Virus record (IMG/VR): IMGVR_UViG_3300028840_002524 | Span: 1-64,000 of that record | Direction: 5' to 3' (one strand) | DNA length: 64,000 bases | From: a virus | In this document: piece by piece, positions 48,478-58,756 of the stretch | Layout of the letters: each line of letters begins with the position of its first letter | How positions within the stretch are numbered: the stretch's first letter is position 1 | Notes under the pieces: generated by a model | Seen by the model: the letters and a program-made list of their open reading frames with translations, nothing else | Database searches by the model: none | What the model was told of the DNA's origin: nothing | Position numbers and translations under genes: made by a program

Positions 48478-50443
48478 GAATTTGGGGTTTGTTTTCTCCG
48501 CCAAGGACCTCGCCTCGGGTGTGGTCTCCAAGGCCGAGGAGAACATGGAGGCCGCCGTCACGACGGCCGAAGCCCACGTTACGGACCTCGCCGACGCTGC
48601 CGAGGACGCCACCCAGACCATCGGAACGAGTACCGATTCGGTTGTTTCGGCCATCCAAGGGGGCTTCAATCAGACCAATCTGATCCTACGCTCCCTCACG
48701 ATGGCCCTCACCACTTCCACGGATGAAATACTTGCGGCGACTGGCGCTGCCGCAGAGGGCCTCGGCGAGCTGGACACGGCCGCCGAGGACGCAAAGAAGG
48801 GAACCGACTCCCTCGCCAAGTCCTCGGAGGGACTCTTCGGCAAACTGAACTTCGTTCAAGGCGCCATCGGGTCCATCGTTAAGCTGGGCGGCATAGGGAT
48901 GATCTTCGGCGCCGGGTTCGGCCTGGGGATGAAGGGCATCACGGCCCTGATCAACCTGATCAGCGAGACTCTACAGCCCGCCCTGGAGATCCTCACCAAC
49001 GCTTTCAAGACGGCCTTTGCTCCCGTGTCGGAGGAGCTCTACAAGCTGGCCGTCCAGGTGGCTCCCCTCCTCACCAAGGCCATCATGCCGGTGGTGGATA
49101 TACTCACGGAGATCATTCCACACATCGGGAACTTTGTCGCCGACCTGACGGCAGGCGGCGGCATGATGGGGACAGTGTTCGGGGGGCTTAAAACCCTATT
49201 CGACAACCTACGCGCCCCGGTGATGACCATCGTGGAGACCCTCGGCAACCTCGCCAAGACGGTTCTCCCGGTCCTCCTCCGGGTGTTCAACATGATTGTG
49301 GAGTCGGCCGTCGTTCCCATCCTCACCAAGGTGGCGAACATCCTCGCGGCCGTGATCCAGCGCCTCGCTCCCATCATCGAGAAGCTCATCCTGAAGCTGG
49401 AGCCCATCTTCGGCCTTGTGATCGAGGCCGTAGCCGAGGTGGCTGACATCCTCCTCGACGCGCTGCTCCCGGCGATGGAGCCGATCCTGGACATGCTCGA
49501 CGAAATGCTCCCCGATCTCGTGCCTCTCCTCAAGGAAATGGTGGTGGCGTGGCTCGAAATGGCGAAAGCCCTGGTCCCCATCCTGCCGCCGCTCATCAAA
49601 CTGGTGGCGCTCCTCGTGGGGAAGGTCCTCGGACCCGTCGCGCTCAAGGCTCTGGGCATGTATATCAAGCTGTGGACGGAGGTTTACAAGCTCATCGCCA
49701 AGCTTCTCACCCCGGCAATCAAATGGGTGGCCCGGTTCCTCGCCGACATCGCCCGGGAGTGGGACAACATGGGCCTGTCTGCCAAGGAAACCCTCGATCT
49801 CATCTGGTGGGGGGTGAAGCAGGCGTGGGAATGGATCGTGGACAAGTCGAAGTGGCTGTCCGAGAAGGTGATTGGGTTCTTCACAGGCATTCCCGATATG
49901 CTGAAAGGGGCCTTTACCTCCTACATGGACTGGCTCAAGGGGGCTTACGAGTCCATTTTCAAGTTCCTGGGACTCGAATCGACCGGGAAAATAGCGGGGG
50001 CGTTCATTGATACCCTCAAAAACCTTGTCCTCGCCCCCATCGACACCATCAAAGCGATCATAAATGACACGATCATCGACACGATCAACACCATTCTCGC
50101 GTGGAAAGTGCCGGTGATCGGCGGGACGCTGGCGAAAAACCTCGGTTTGAACACACTCCCGTACCTCCAACAGGGCGGAATCGTCACAGAACCCACCGTG
50201 GCGACCCTTGTGGAGAAGGGAATCCCCGAGGCCGTGGTTCCGCTGGAGCCCACATACATCCAAAGATTCATGGCGAGCGTTATGCCGAGCCTCGGGGCGC
50301 AGGAAATGGGGCCTGTGGAGGTTCGGACGGACTCGGAACTCAAGGATCTTCTGCGCGAGGCCGTGGGTTTCCTCGCCAAGATCGCCACAAAACTCGATGA
50401 GGGCGAGCAGCGACGCGCCCCGTCCCTCGGTGGAGGCTTCTAA
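48461..50443 (+). CDS. Tape measure protein
   Basis: Long amphipathic helical repeats with periodic Pro and Trp; LQQGGIVTEPT...GIPEAVVPL; gene position. Confidence 0.85.
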   Translation: MADAVENLGFVFSAKDLASGVVSKAEENMEAAVTTAEAHVTDLADAAEDATQTIGTSTDSVVSAIQGGFNQTNLILRSLTMALTTSTDEILAATGAAAEGLGELDTAAEDAKKGTDSLAKSSEGLFGKLNFVQGAIGSIVKLGGIGMIFGAGFGLGMKGITALINLISETLQPALEILTNAFKTAFAPVSEELYKLAVQVAPLLTKAIMPVVDILTEIIPHIGNFVADLTAGGGMMGTVFGGLKTLFDNLRAPVMTIVETLGNLAKTVLPVLLRVFNMIVESAVVPILTKVANILAAVIQRLAPIIEKLILKLEPIFGLVIEAVAEVADILLDALLPAMEPILDMLDEMLPDLVPLLKEMVVAWLEMAKALVPILPPLIKLVALLVGKVLGPVALKALGMYIKLWTEVYKLIAKLLTPAIKWVARFLADIAREWDNMGLSAKETLDLIWWGVKQAWEWIVDKSKWLSEKVIGFFTGIPDMLKGAFTSYMDWLKGAYESIFKFLGLESTGKIAGAFIDTLKNLVLAPIDTIKAIINDTIIDTINTILAWKVPVIGGTLAKNLGLNTLPYLQQGGIVTEPTVATLVEKGIPEAVVPLEPTYIQRFMASVMPSLGAQEMGPVEVRTDSELKDLLREAVGFLAKIATKLDEGEQRRAPSLGGGF

Positions 50444-51078
50444 TGCCCGAAGGTCCTCCAGTCATGTGCTCCCTGGTGCTCGAAGCCGACCCGCTGAACC
50501 GGCTCAACTTCGAGTCGTTCCCGTCCGAGGAGGGGATTCGGGAGCAATACCAGAGCAACTGGAAACCCGGCATCGAGGCGGGCGCCTCGGAACCCCTGTA
50601 CTGGACGTGGCAGGGGGGTGGTTGGGCAAACTGGACCCTCACCCTCAAGTTCCAGGCCGGGGCCACCGAGTCCGCGACCCCTGGAAAGACGGATGATCAG
50701 ATTCTCCAGGAGATGGAGCGCAAACTGCGATGGATCCAGGCGCTCGGGGCGCCCAGGGGGCGCAAGAGGCAGCCCTCGGAGCTCCGGACCAACGCCCGGC
50801 CGGGCGACCCGCCCTACATCCTGGTGGTGTTTGGCGGCTTCATGACGCTGAGGAACCTCTGCCTTGGTGCCTCCGTCCAATGGACCGGGCCGTATGACCC
50901 GGTGACGGCCCGGCCGCACGGGGCAAAGGCCGAGATCGCTCTACAGCGCGTATCTGGCTTCTACCCGGACTGGTACACCATCGCGGAAGGGAAAACAACG
51001 CTGACCGGGCCGAGCAACCCGGTGTTCCAGGCCACACCCGAAGGCCCTGCGGCCGGTGGGGTGGTCGCAGTGGGATAA
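50443..51078 (+). CDS. Baseplate tube-initiator-like protein
   Basis: Follows the tape measure gene; PPYILVVFG motif of tube-like baseplate proteins. Confidence 0.6.
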   Translation: MPEGPPVMCSLVLEADPLNRLNFESFPSEEGIREQYQSNWKPGIEAGASEPLYWTWQGGGWANWTLTLKFQAGATESATPGKTDDQILQEMERKLRWIQALGAPRGRKRQPSELRTNARPGDPPYILVVFGGFMTLRNLCLGASVQWTGPYDPVTARPHGAKAEIALQRVSGFYPDWYTIAEGKTTLTGPSNPVFQATPEGPAAGGVVAVG

Positions 51079-51082
51079 AAGC

Positions 51083-51433
51083 ATGGCTTCTGACGGACAA
51101 TTCGAGCTGGACCTGCCTTTCACCTCTCCTTTCAAGGAGACACCCCTCTTCTTGAAGGACGGGAAGGCGTTTTTCGGCATCTGGAAGCCGCCTGCCATCC
51201 AGATCGACGGCGATGAGAAGCGGATCAAGGTGGATCTCGCCCACGAGGGCGACCTCACCAAGTACGCCGAGGAGGAATACGGCGATCCGAGCCTTTTCTG
51301 GGTGATCGGGCACGTGAACAAGATCAATTATCCGCCCCGGGACGTGGTGAACGGGCTCGTGATCATCATTCCCAAGGAGGAACACGTCATGGCGGCCCTC
51401 CAGGCGGCGCAGGAACGTAAACAAAATGTTTAG
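51083..51433 (+). CDS. LysM-like baseplate wedge protein (gp53/tail X-like)
   Basis: GDLTKYAEEEYGDPSLFWVIGHVN...LVIIIP. Confidence 0.75.
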   Translation: MASDGQFELDLPFTSPFKETPLFLKDGKAFFGIWKPPAIQIDGDEKRIKVDLAHEGDLTKYAEEEYGDPSLFWVIGHVNKINYPPRDVVNGLVIIIPKEEHVMAALQAAQERKQNV

Positions 51434-52637
51434 CAAGCAGCTAAAGATCGAAATCCTGGACCCCACGACGGGCGCGAAGGACGCCACGCCGCTCGTGGAG
51501 TCTTTTTCGATCCTCCACAGCGCCTTTCGGCACGGCCGACAGTGGGAAATTCGGTTCGCGGATGAGGACTGGAACTTCTGGGAGCCCTACGTGGCTGGAA
51601 TCGACCCTCTGCGCGTTCGGCTGACCTTTTCGAAGAGCAACACCCAGGAGACCACAGGATGGCTCACACTCTACGTGGACGCTTCTGAGGCCGACTACAA
51701 CCGCTCCAGGCTGGACGGGACTCTCCGTGGCGGTGACGCGCTCCTAAAGATGGCCCTGGAGGACAGGACCAAGGCGTGGCCGCAACTCACCGTGGACGCC
51801 ATCCTGACCCAACTCGCAGCGAGCTACGGATTCGTCCCGGACACCACGGGCATGCTCGGGTCCCGCACGTGGTACCAGCTCGACGAAACCGACATTGACT
51901 ACCTCAAGTATCTCCTGGGGTTCGCCTCGACCACGGGCGGCCGGGGAGACGTGTGGCTGTGGTTCGACAATGGGACGCTGCACCTCAAGCCTTTCGACAC
52001 CAAGGCCCCTTCGAAGGACAAGTACCTCATCGGGGGGATCGACGACAGGCTCGCGCACGCCCCGGCGGGATTCTACGGGGGACAAGTGGACAGGGGCGGC
52101 GGGCGCCTATTCGACGCCATCGCCCACGACACGAGCACAAAAACGACGCTCAGTTTCACGGCCGGGGCGGTCTCGGCCGGTGGCCCGGCGCTCTCCACCT
52201 TCGTTCCGCGCATCCCGGCCCAGGGCCGACGGAGCGCCTACGTCACGGACGCGGACATCTCGCTCCTGCGGGCGGTCGCGCAAGCCCGGTGGGCCAAGTA
52301 CGCCATGCGGTACTTTGGGATCACCCTCGAAACGAAGGGTTCCCTGCGCACAACCGTGGGCGACATGATCGAGGTGGACTTCCTCAAGGAGTACCCGGAC
52401 AAGGGGGCTTTCGTTCGAGGGCGCTACCCCGTGTTCGAGGTGGAGCACAAGTACACCAGGGGCGTGTTTCGGACCAATATCACCGGCTACCGTCGGGAAG
52501 CGGAGGCCGGGGAGACCGCTGCGGCGGGCGCCAACGTGTCCTCCTCTCGCGGGCAGGACGCATACTTGACCGAGCTCAAGACCGGGCAGACCGGCCTCGG
52601 GCAGGGCACGAAAGTGACGGCGAGGGCTCTCGGATGA
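51426..52637 (+). CDS. Baseplate hub protein (gp27/late control D-like)
   Basis: QLDETDIDYL, GRYPVFEVEHKY; gene position. Confidence 0.75.
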   Translation: MFSKQLKIEILDPTTGAKDATPLVESFSILHSAFRHGRQWEIRFADEDWNFWEPYVAGIDPLRVRLTFSKSNTQETTGWLTLYVDASEADYNRSRLDGTLRGGDALLKMALEDRTKAWPQLTVDAILTQLAASYGFVPDTTGMLGSRTWYQLDETDIDYLKYLLGFASTTGGRGDVWLWFDNGTLHLKPFDTKAPSKDKYLIGGIDDRLAHAPAGFYGGQVDRGGGRLFDAIAHDTSTKTTLSFTAGAVSAGGPALSTFVPRIPAQGRRSAYVTDADISLLRAVAQARWAKYAMRYFGITLETKGSLRTTVGDMIEVDFLKEYPDKGAFVRGRYPVFEVEHKYTRGVFRTNITGYRREAEAGETAAAGANVSSSRGQDAYLTELKTGQTGLGQGTKVTARALG

Positions 52638-53407
52638 ACCTGTGCAACGGCCTGTGGGCCGCCATCGTTGTTGACACCAAGGACCCCCTGGGGTCCAGGC
52701 GCGTGAAGGTCCGCGTGCCCGAGCTCCACGGGACCGTCCAGGATCAGACGATCAAGGACGTAAACCTGCCGTGGGCGCGGCCGTGCTTCCCGTACGGCGG
52801 CCCGACATACGGCGATGATTTCGTTCCGGGCCTCCAAGCGCAGGTGTGGGTGGCATTCGAGCACGGGGACCCGCAATCCCCTATATGGGTCGGATGCGTC
52901 TACGCCAGCGGCGAGGGGCCTGCCCCGGAGTTCGCCCAGGTCGGCCCGGCGAACCAGCAGCCCAAGGGGAACTACCGCCGCACAGAGGGCGGGTGGTTCG
53001 TGGGCGTGATCGAGAGCGCCTCGACCAAGGTGTACCGGGCCAAGTCGCCCACGGGGATGCTCGTGGAGGTCGATGAGTCGGCCAAGAAGGTGACCGTCCA
53101 GACGGCCACGGGGTTCAAGCTGGAACTCGATGAGAGTTCGAGTACCGTGGTCCTCCAGGACGCGACCGGGAACAAGATTGAACTCAAGACCACCGACGGC
53201 GGTATCACCCACGCGGTCAAGGCCCTCCTCGAAGCGCCATTGATCGCCCTTGGGCAGGCAGCAGCCGAACCCGTCGTGAAGGGGACCAGTTTTCTCGCGG
53301 CGTTCATCGGGCATACGCACCCGGGCGTAACGTCGGGACCGGCCTCGACAGGCCCGGCCACCCCACTACCGCCCTCGATCCTTTCCTCTAAGGTGTTTAC
53401 GGAATGA
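52634..53407 (+). CDS. Baseplate central spike (gp5/gpV/VgrG-like OB fold)
   Basis: DPLGSRRVKVRVP, LPWARP, VWVAFEHGDP...PIWVG and C-terminal HTH metal-binding apex. Confidence 0.9.
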   Translation: MNLCNGLWAAIVVDTKDPLGSRRVKVRVPELHGTVQDQTIKDVNLPWARPCFPYGGPTYGDDFVPGLQAQVWVAFEHGDPQSPIWVGCVYASGEGPAPEFAQVGPANQQPKGNYRRTEGGWFVGVIESASTKVYRAKSPTGMLVEVDESAKKVTVQTATGFKLELDESSSTVVLQDATGNKIELKTTDGGITHAVKALLEAPLIALGQAAAEPVVKGTSFLAAFIGHTHPGVTSGPASTGPATPLPPSILSSKVFTE

Positions 53408-53817
53408 GCCTCGACCTCAGCCCTATCAGCGGCGTTTGGACCGGCCCGGCGTTCCCCTTCCGCCACGGGGTGGCAGGGGTGCTCGGCCCGAAGTCCGATG
53501 ATGATGTGCTCGCCACGGCGATCCAGATCACGCTCAAGACCCGGAAAGGGTCCTGGAAGCCTGATCCGAGCTTCGGTTCGTTCGTCTGGGACCTCCTCTT
53601 CGAGCCCCTCGATCCGATCACCGAGCAACTTGTCAAGTATTACACCGTGAAAGACATCACGGATCAGATACCCTATGTGGAAGTCACGAGCGTGTCGGTG
53701 GCTTCGTTCCCGGATGACCACCTCGTGGAAGTGAAAATCGCCTACAAGCGGCAGAGCGATGCCACCGACAGCATCAAGCAGACTGCCGTTGTTTTTGACA
53801 AGCAAAGGGCGGCGTGA
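53404..53817 (+). CDS. Baseplate wedge protein (gp25-like)
   Basis: TRKGSWKPDPSFGSFVWDLLFEP. Confidence 0.88.
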   Translation: MSLDLSPISGVWTGPAFPFRHGVAGVLGPKSDDDVLATAIQITLKTRKGSWKPDPSFGSFVWDLLFEPLDPITEQLVKYYTVKDITDQIPYVEVTSVSVASFPDDHLVEVKIAYKRQSDATDSIKQTAVVFDKQRAA

Positions 53818-56732
53818 TGGCTCTACCCGAAGTCACCCACACGGAGCGCACACAGGACGCGGTTCTCCGGGCCCTGAATAGCCTTGTGCGCGTCCGGTTC
53901 CCGGCAGATTTCAAGGACGTGTTCAAGGCGGGCGTCTCGCAGGGGTGCCTGTCGGCCCTCGCCTGGATGCACGCGCAGCGGTCCTTCTACTACAACCGCC
54001 TTTCCATCAATGCGTTCCTGGAATCCTGCGACGAACGGGAAGCGTGCCGGGCCCTGTGCAAGGCGCTCGGGTACACCATGCGCCCGGCGTCGAGCGCCTC
54101 GGTGGCCGTACGCGCTTACCCCGACCCGCCCCAGACCGTTCCGGTCACGCTTCGCCAGGGCGAGCAAGTCCTCGTGGGCGACCTGATCTTTGAGGTCCCC
54201 ACCGACTACACCATCCCGGCCGGGAAATCCGTGTGGCCCGACGATACGACCGACAACATCATCTCCCTGGTTGAGGGCTCGACGGCCGAGGACGAGTTCG
54301 TCGGCGACGGGTCCGCGTTCCAGGAGTTCGAGGTGTCCAAGGACGGCGTGATCGACGGTAGCGTGGTCGTGACGATTGCGGGGGAAGTCTGGGACATCGT
54401 GGAATCGGTGATTTTCACCGAGGGTGACGGCTACGGCCGGGACATTTACGAGGGGGACGGCCTCGACAACCAGACGTACGACCTCGCCCTTCTCTACGCG
54501 ATCATAGACCCCGACAGCGAGGACGCCCCCATCATCCTGGTGGACGGCACGCGGTGGCTCCTCGTTAGCTCCTTCACAGGTGCGGCCGAGGAAGTGACGG
54601 TCACGCAGACTGTGGACGGCTTGTCCACCGTGGCTTTCGGTCTCGCGGCCGACGGCTCGGCCCCCGTGAACGGGGCACAGATCGACGTGATCTACCAGAT
54701 CAGCGGGCCGCAGCAGCGGGTGGAGCTCAAGTACGACGATGACGACCGGGCCACGGTTGTGGCAGGAGACGGCGATTCGGGGCTCATCCCGGCCACCGGC
54801 GCGGCCGTTGTGGTCTCCTACCGCGTGGGCGGCGGCACACAGGGCAACATCGACATCGGGGCCCTGGACACCACGATTCGGGGGTATCTCCCGGACGGAA
54901 AGCAAATCAACGTGCGGCTGTACAACTATGAGCCCGGGAGCGGCGGCGAGGATCGAGAGACCCTCGACCACGCCAAGTTCTACGCCCCTCGGGTGGCGAA
55001 GAGCAATGACCGGGCCGTCCGCAAGGAGGACTACGACGCCCTGGGCTCGACCTACATCGACGCGCTCTACGGCGCCCCGGCCTACGCTTCGGCGAAGCTC
55101 AAGCAGGACAAGCCCGAGCGAAACGAGGTCGAGGTGGCTGTCTGGAGCCGGGACGCCAACGGGCGACTCGCCACGGCACAGGACGCGCTCAAGGAGGCCC
55201 TCCGGGGGTACCTCCTCACCAAGCGGGTGGAAACCGTCTACATCACCATGGTGGACGGGACCGTGCTCTACTTCGATGTGGAACTCGGGGTGTCCCTCTA
55301 CACGGGGTATTACTCCGACACGGTGTTCTCCTCCATTCAGACGGCGCTTCAAACCTTTTTCAACTCGGCCCTCGTGAAGCCCGGGGATGACCTGTCGATC
55401 TCGCAGCTCTACGAAGTCCTCCAACAGGTGGAGGGCGTCTATCGGGTGGTGATCTACAACCTCACCGGGACCCTCCAGATGCTCCTGGAGCTGACAGGGG
55501 ATGGCACCACGCAGGCGTTCACGGATCGACTCGTGAAGCCCGACGGCCTCGACATCCAGGGGAACTCGGTCCAGATCAAGACACCGAATCAGGCCAGCCC
55601 GACCCAGACCGTCACGGATGACGGCGACGGGGCGCTCATCGGCGACGTGGACCCCCTCGGCACCAACACGATCAACTACGACACGGGCGAGTTCACGGTC
55701 ACCTTCGGGACGGCCCCCGACTCGGGTGCGGCCATCTACGTCGAAGCCCGCTATGTGTCGAACCTGGAATGGGAGGAGACCCTCGACTCATCCGACGGCG
55801 CCCTCTCCTCCATCGACGTGATCTCGGAGTATTTCCCCATCACCAAGACGCCCCCGAGAGGGGTGGCGTTCGGGCAGACTGTCCAGTTCACCGTCCCCGA
55901 GGAGCTCCAGCCCGTGGTTCCTGGGCGCCTGTTCCTCATCGGGGGATACGGAACCGGCGAGCTCATCGCCTACGACGACGGCGCGGGGAACATCGCGGGC
56001 GACGTGGATGGCACCTACACCAACGAGATCGACTACGAGACCGGTCTCGTGTCCTTCCGCTGGAACGCGGTGCCCCCGGACTCGGGCGGAATTGGCACCA
56101 CCATCACAGTGAGCCCGGTCCCGGACGGGGTTACCACCTCGTTTACCTGGACAGCGGCCGCCATCGGGTGGGCGGCCATTCTGGCAACCGGTCTGTACGA
56201 GGGGCGCCTCAAGATCGACTTCTCGACGGCCTGGGCAGCGTCCGGATTCCGGGATGCGTTCGACAACTGGCAGGGGCGTCTCGACGGCCTGGACCTGGAC
56301 CACTTCGAAATCCCGACCATCGACTACGCGGCCGGTACCGGCACCCTCAAGTTCTTGTCGGCCCCGCAGGCCGGGGAGCCCGCTGTGGTGCCCATCACCC
56401 TCGCGCCCGTCACGGTAATGCTGTACTCGAACTTCGTGTGGTACGTGAAAACGCTGGCGGCGGCCGGTCACGACCATTTCCTCTACGCGGACAACGAGGG
56501 GCGGCTCTGGGGGCAGCCTGCGGCGTCTTATCCGACGAACCAACTCATCCACGCCACAGGCCACCTCATCGCCGACCTCGCCTCCGGGCCGGTGGTCTCG
56601 GGACGTACCCCGATCATCTCCTACGACGCATGGAGGCAGTCGAACAAGCGCGACATCCCGGTGGACTCCCTGGAGATCGGCGGCCTCGGCACCGTTCTCT
56701 CCGAGGAGCTTGAGAAGGAGATCGACCTCTAA
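53814..56732 (+). CDS. Baseplate wedge protein (gp6/baseplate J-like)
   Basis: LGYTMRPASSA, YRVGGGTQGNI, GGEDRET, RAVRKEDY. Confidence 0.88.
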   Translation: MMALPEVTHTERTQDAVLRALNSLVRVRFPADFKDVFKAGVSQGCLSALAWMHAQRSFYYNRLSINAFLESCDEREACRALCKALGYTMRPASSASVAVRAYPDPPQTVPVTLRQGEQVLVGDLIFEVPTDYTIPAGKSVWPDDTTDNIISLVEGSTAEDEFVGDGSAFQEFEVSKDGVIDGSVVVTIAGEVWDIVESVIFTEGDGYGRDIYEGDGLDNQTYDLALLYAIIDPDSEDAPIILVDGTRWLLVSSFTGAAEEVTVTQTVDGLSTVAFGLAADGSAPVNGAQIDVIYQISGPQQRVELKYDDDDRATVVAGDGDSGLIPATGAAVVVSYRVGGGTQGNIDIGALDTTIRGYLPDGKQINVRLYNYEPGSGGEDRETLDHAKFYAPRVAKSNDRAVRKEDYDALGSTYIDALYGAPAYASAKLKQDKPERNEVEVAVWSRDANGRLATAQDALKEALRGYLLTKRVETVYITMVDGTVLYFDVELGVSLYTGYYSDTVFSSIQTALQTFFNSALVKPGDDLSISQLYEVLQQVEGVYRVVIYNLTGTLQMLLELTGDGTTQAFTDRLVKPDGLDIQGNSVQIKTPNQASPTQTVTDDGDGALIGDVDPLGTNTINYDTGEFTVTFGTAPDSGAAIYVEARYVSNLEWEETLDSSDGALSSIDVISEYFPITKTPPRGVAFGQTVQFTVPEELQPVVPGRLFLIGGYGTGELIAYDDGAGNIAGDVDGTYTNEIDYETGLVSFRWNAVPPDSGGIGTTITVSPVPDGVTTSFTWTAAAIGWAAILATGLYEGRLKIDFSTAWAASGFRDAFDNWQGRLDGLDLDHFEIPTIDYAAGTGTLKFLSAPQAGEPAVVPITLAPVTVMLYSNFVWYVKTLAAAGHDHFLYADNEGRLWGQPAASYPTNQLIHATGHLIADLASGPVVSGRTPIISYDAWRQSNKRDIPVDSLEIGGLGTVLSEELEKEIDL

Positions 56733-58756
56733 TGGCTCTTGCGCATCCTATCTTTGTCCCGCTGTATACAAGCGGTACGCCTGTTGGAATCCTCAAGGTG
56801 GTGCAGAGCGGGTTCTCTACCATCTTCGGGAATGAGAACGGGAACTCGAACATCTCTCTTCCAAGCATCATGACGAAGAATGTGTTTGTCTGGGACGGCA
56901 ACATCATTCTTCCCGTGGGGCATTTCTCCACATCGGCACAGGGCGGTGTTCGATTCAACCCAAAAACGGGCACGTTCAACTTTGGGGATCTATACACGTG
57001 GGCCGCGCAGCGTATCCCCCTTGGGGACCGCATCGGGTTCATCAATACTTCCTGGTTCCAGAGCGGGCCATCTCCCCGCTACAGGGATCACGCCGGTGGG
57101 AGCGGTCCCGCAACAACGCCAAATGAGTGGGCGGTGCTCGGGGATACCGTCCACGTGATCGGTAGCTCGCTCGCAATACAGTGGGCGTACCCCTTCACAA
57201 CCACCCCCGGATCGGTCTCGCTCACGGTGAAGAAGCTTTGTCCCTATAAGGGGTTCATGTACGCCTTGGAGTTCCATGGCGGGGGAGCGAGGCTTGCGAA
57301 GTACAATTCTGGGTGGTCGTGGGTCGCCGCCATACAGCCGATCACGGACCAGGGCGACCTACAAGCCAACGGTGCTGGAGCGGCTTTCTTCGAGGCGGGA
57401 GGAAAGCTGTGGTTCTTCGCCTCGTACAACAACGGAGGAACGCAGTGGCACCGCATCTTCGAGGTGGACGAAACGGCCGGGACGTTCACAGAGGACAACA
57501 CCCTCATTCCCTCGGGGTGGAAAGGGGTCCCGACGAACACTACGCGCCGGTGCTTCGACGTGATCGACGACACGGGTGCATCTCGCCTCGTGTACCTCTT
57601 CGCGCACAATGACGCTGGAGCCGGGTGGGATTGCTACGAGTTCGACGGGGTGAACCCCATGAACGATGGCTCGGGCGGCGATGCCCCTGTTTCGAGCGGC
57701 GGCCACCGACTCGGGGCGACGGCCGGGGCTATCTGGGACGAATCCGCCGCTGGATGCCATGTGGAGCAGTCTTTCGACTCGGTGCCGTCCGAGTACGCCA
57801 CAATCAAACACCGTACCTACGACATCGGCGCCAACGCCCCGGCAGACGTGGACCTTCGGTACGAGGACCTGAGCGACCCCACGAGCCGTCCCGTGTTCCC
57901 TGTCTGCTCCGAGAAGACCGGCGTGGGGAGCGAGGGGAAAACCAACCTCATCACGAAACCGGCCGGGATCACAACCCTCGCCGACCTGAACGATGATTTT
58001 TCGGACGACGTGATCGACCCTATCCTGTGGGAGATTGTTAACCCATCTATCCGAGAATCATCCTATGACTTCGGCGGCGGTTCTACGGCAGGCACGCGCA
58101 TCTTCTACTCCATCGTAGAGGGGAGTGGCGAGATCAGGTTCGGCGCGAGCGCACCGACCCCGGCGGTGCAAGCAAATAATGGAATCGGTCTCAAGAGCAG
58201 ATGGGGCATGACGGGGGCTTTCACGGTTCGCGCCAGGATCGCCAACCTCGCAGCTCTGCTCACGCAAGCGAGCCGGTGGTACAAGATGGTCCTCATGGTG
58301 AAGGAGGCCACCAACCAGGGGTACGGAATCTTCTTCTGGCGGAACACGAACGTGTACGCCAAGGCGTTCTCCATGTCCCCCAACAACGTGATCTCCGTGG
58401 GCGCTGACGGCGCCACCCTGATCACGGACGGGATGGACATGGACATATCCCGCGACGCCCTGGGGAATTTCACCATGACGGTGGACGCCAACGGGACTCC
58501 CGAGGTGCTCGCGTCTCCGGGAACGCTCCCTCTCTACACGGGTGAGATGCAGGCTTGGATCGCCGCCTTTACTGAGACCTCCAGCCAGTGGACAGGTTCG
58601 CCCCAGGGACCGGGGTTCTCCGATTTCCAGGTATTCGGCGCGGGCGGCATCGGGCTGTTCGAGGGCGGAGTACAGCATGATTTCATGTGGGATCATGTCC
58701 TGGACCTCGGCGTGGGCCAGAACCTCTCCGCTGTCATTCACGCTGATACGGATTAA
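56732..58756 (+). CDS. Putative baseplate/tail-fibre-associated protein
   Basis: Coupled to the gp6-like gene; Trp/Gly-rich beta composition; slightly lower GC. Confidence 0.55.
   Translation: MALAHPIFVPLYTSGTPVGILKVVQSGFSTIFGNENGNSNISLPSIMTKNVFVWDGNIILPVGHFSTSAQGGVRFNPKTGTFNFGDLYTWAAQRIPLGDRIGFINTSWFQSGPSPRYRDHAGGSGPATTPNEWAVLGDTVHVIGSSLAIQWAYPFTTTPGSVSLTVKKLCPYKGFMYALEFHGGGARLAKYNSGWSWVAAIQPITDQGDLQANGAGAAFFEAGGKLWFFASYNNGGTQWHRIFEVDETAGTFTEDNTLIPSGWKGVPTNTTRRCFDVIDDTGASRLVYLFAHNDAGAGWDCYEFDGVNPMNDGSGGDAPVSSGGHRLGATAGAIWDESAAGCHVEQSFDSVPSEYATIKHRTYDIGANAPADVDLRYEDLSDPTSRPVFPVCSEKTGVGSEGKTNLITKPAGITTLADLNDDFSDDVIDPILWEIVNPSIRESSYDFGGGSTAGTRIFYSIVEGSGEIRFGASAPTPAVQANNGIGLKSRWGMTGAFTVRARIANLAALLTQASRWYKMVLMVKEATNQGYGIFFWRNTNVYAKAFSMSPNNVISVGADGATLITDGMDMDISRDALGNFTMTVDANGTPEVLASPGTLPLYTGEMQAWIAAFTETSSQWTGSPQGPGFSDFQVFGAGGIGLFEGGVQHDFMWDHVLDLGVGQNLSAVIHADTD

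Noticed and set aside
43799-56732. Bacterial contractile injection system, tailocin or T6SS
   Set aside because: A capsid protein, prohead protease and neck genes are present, so this is a phage.
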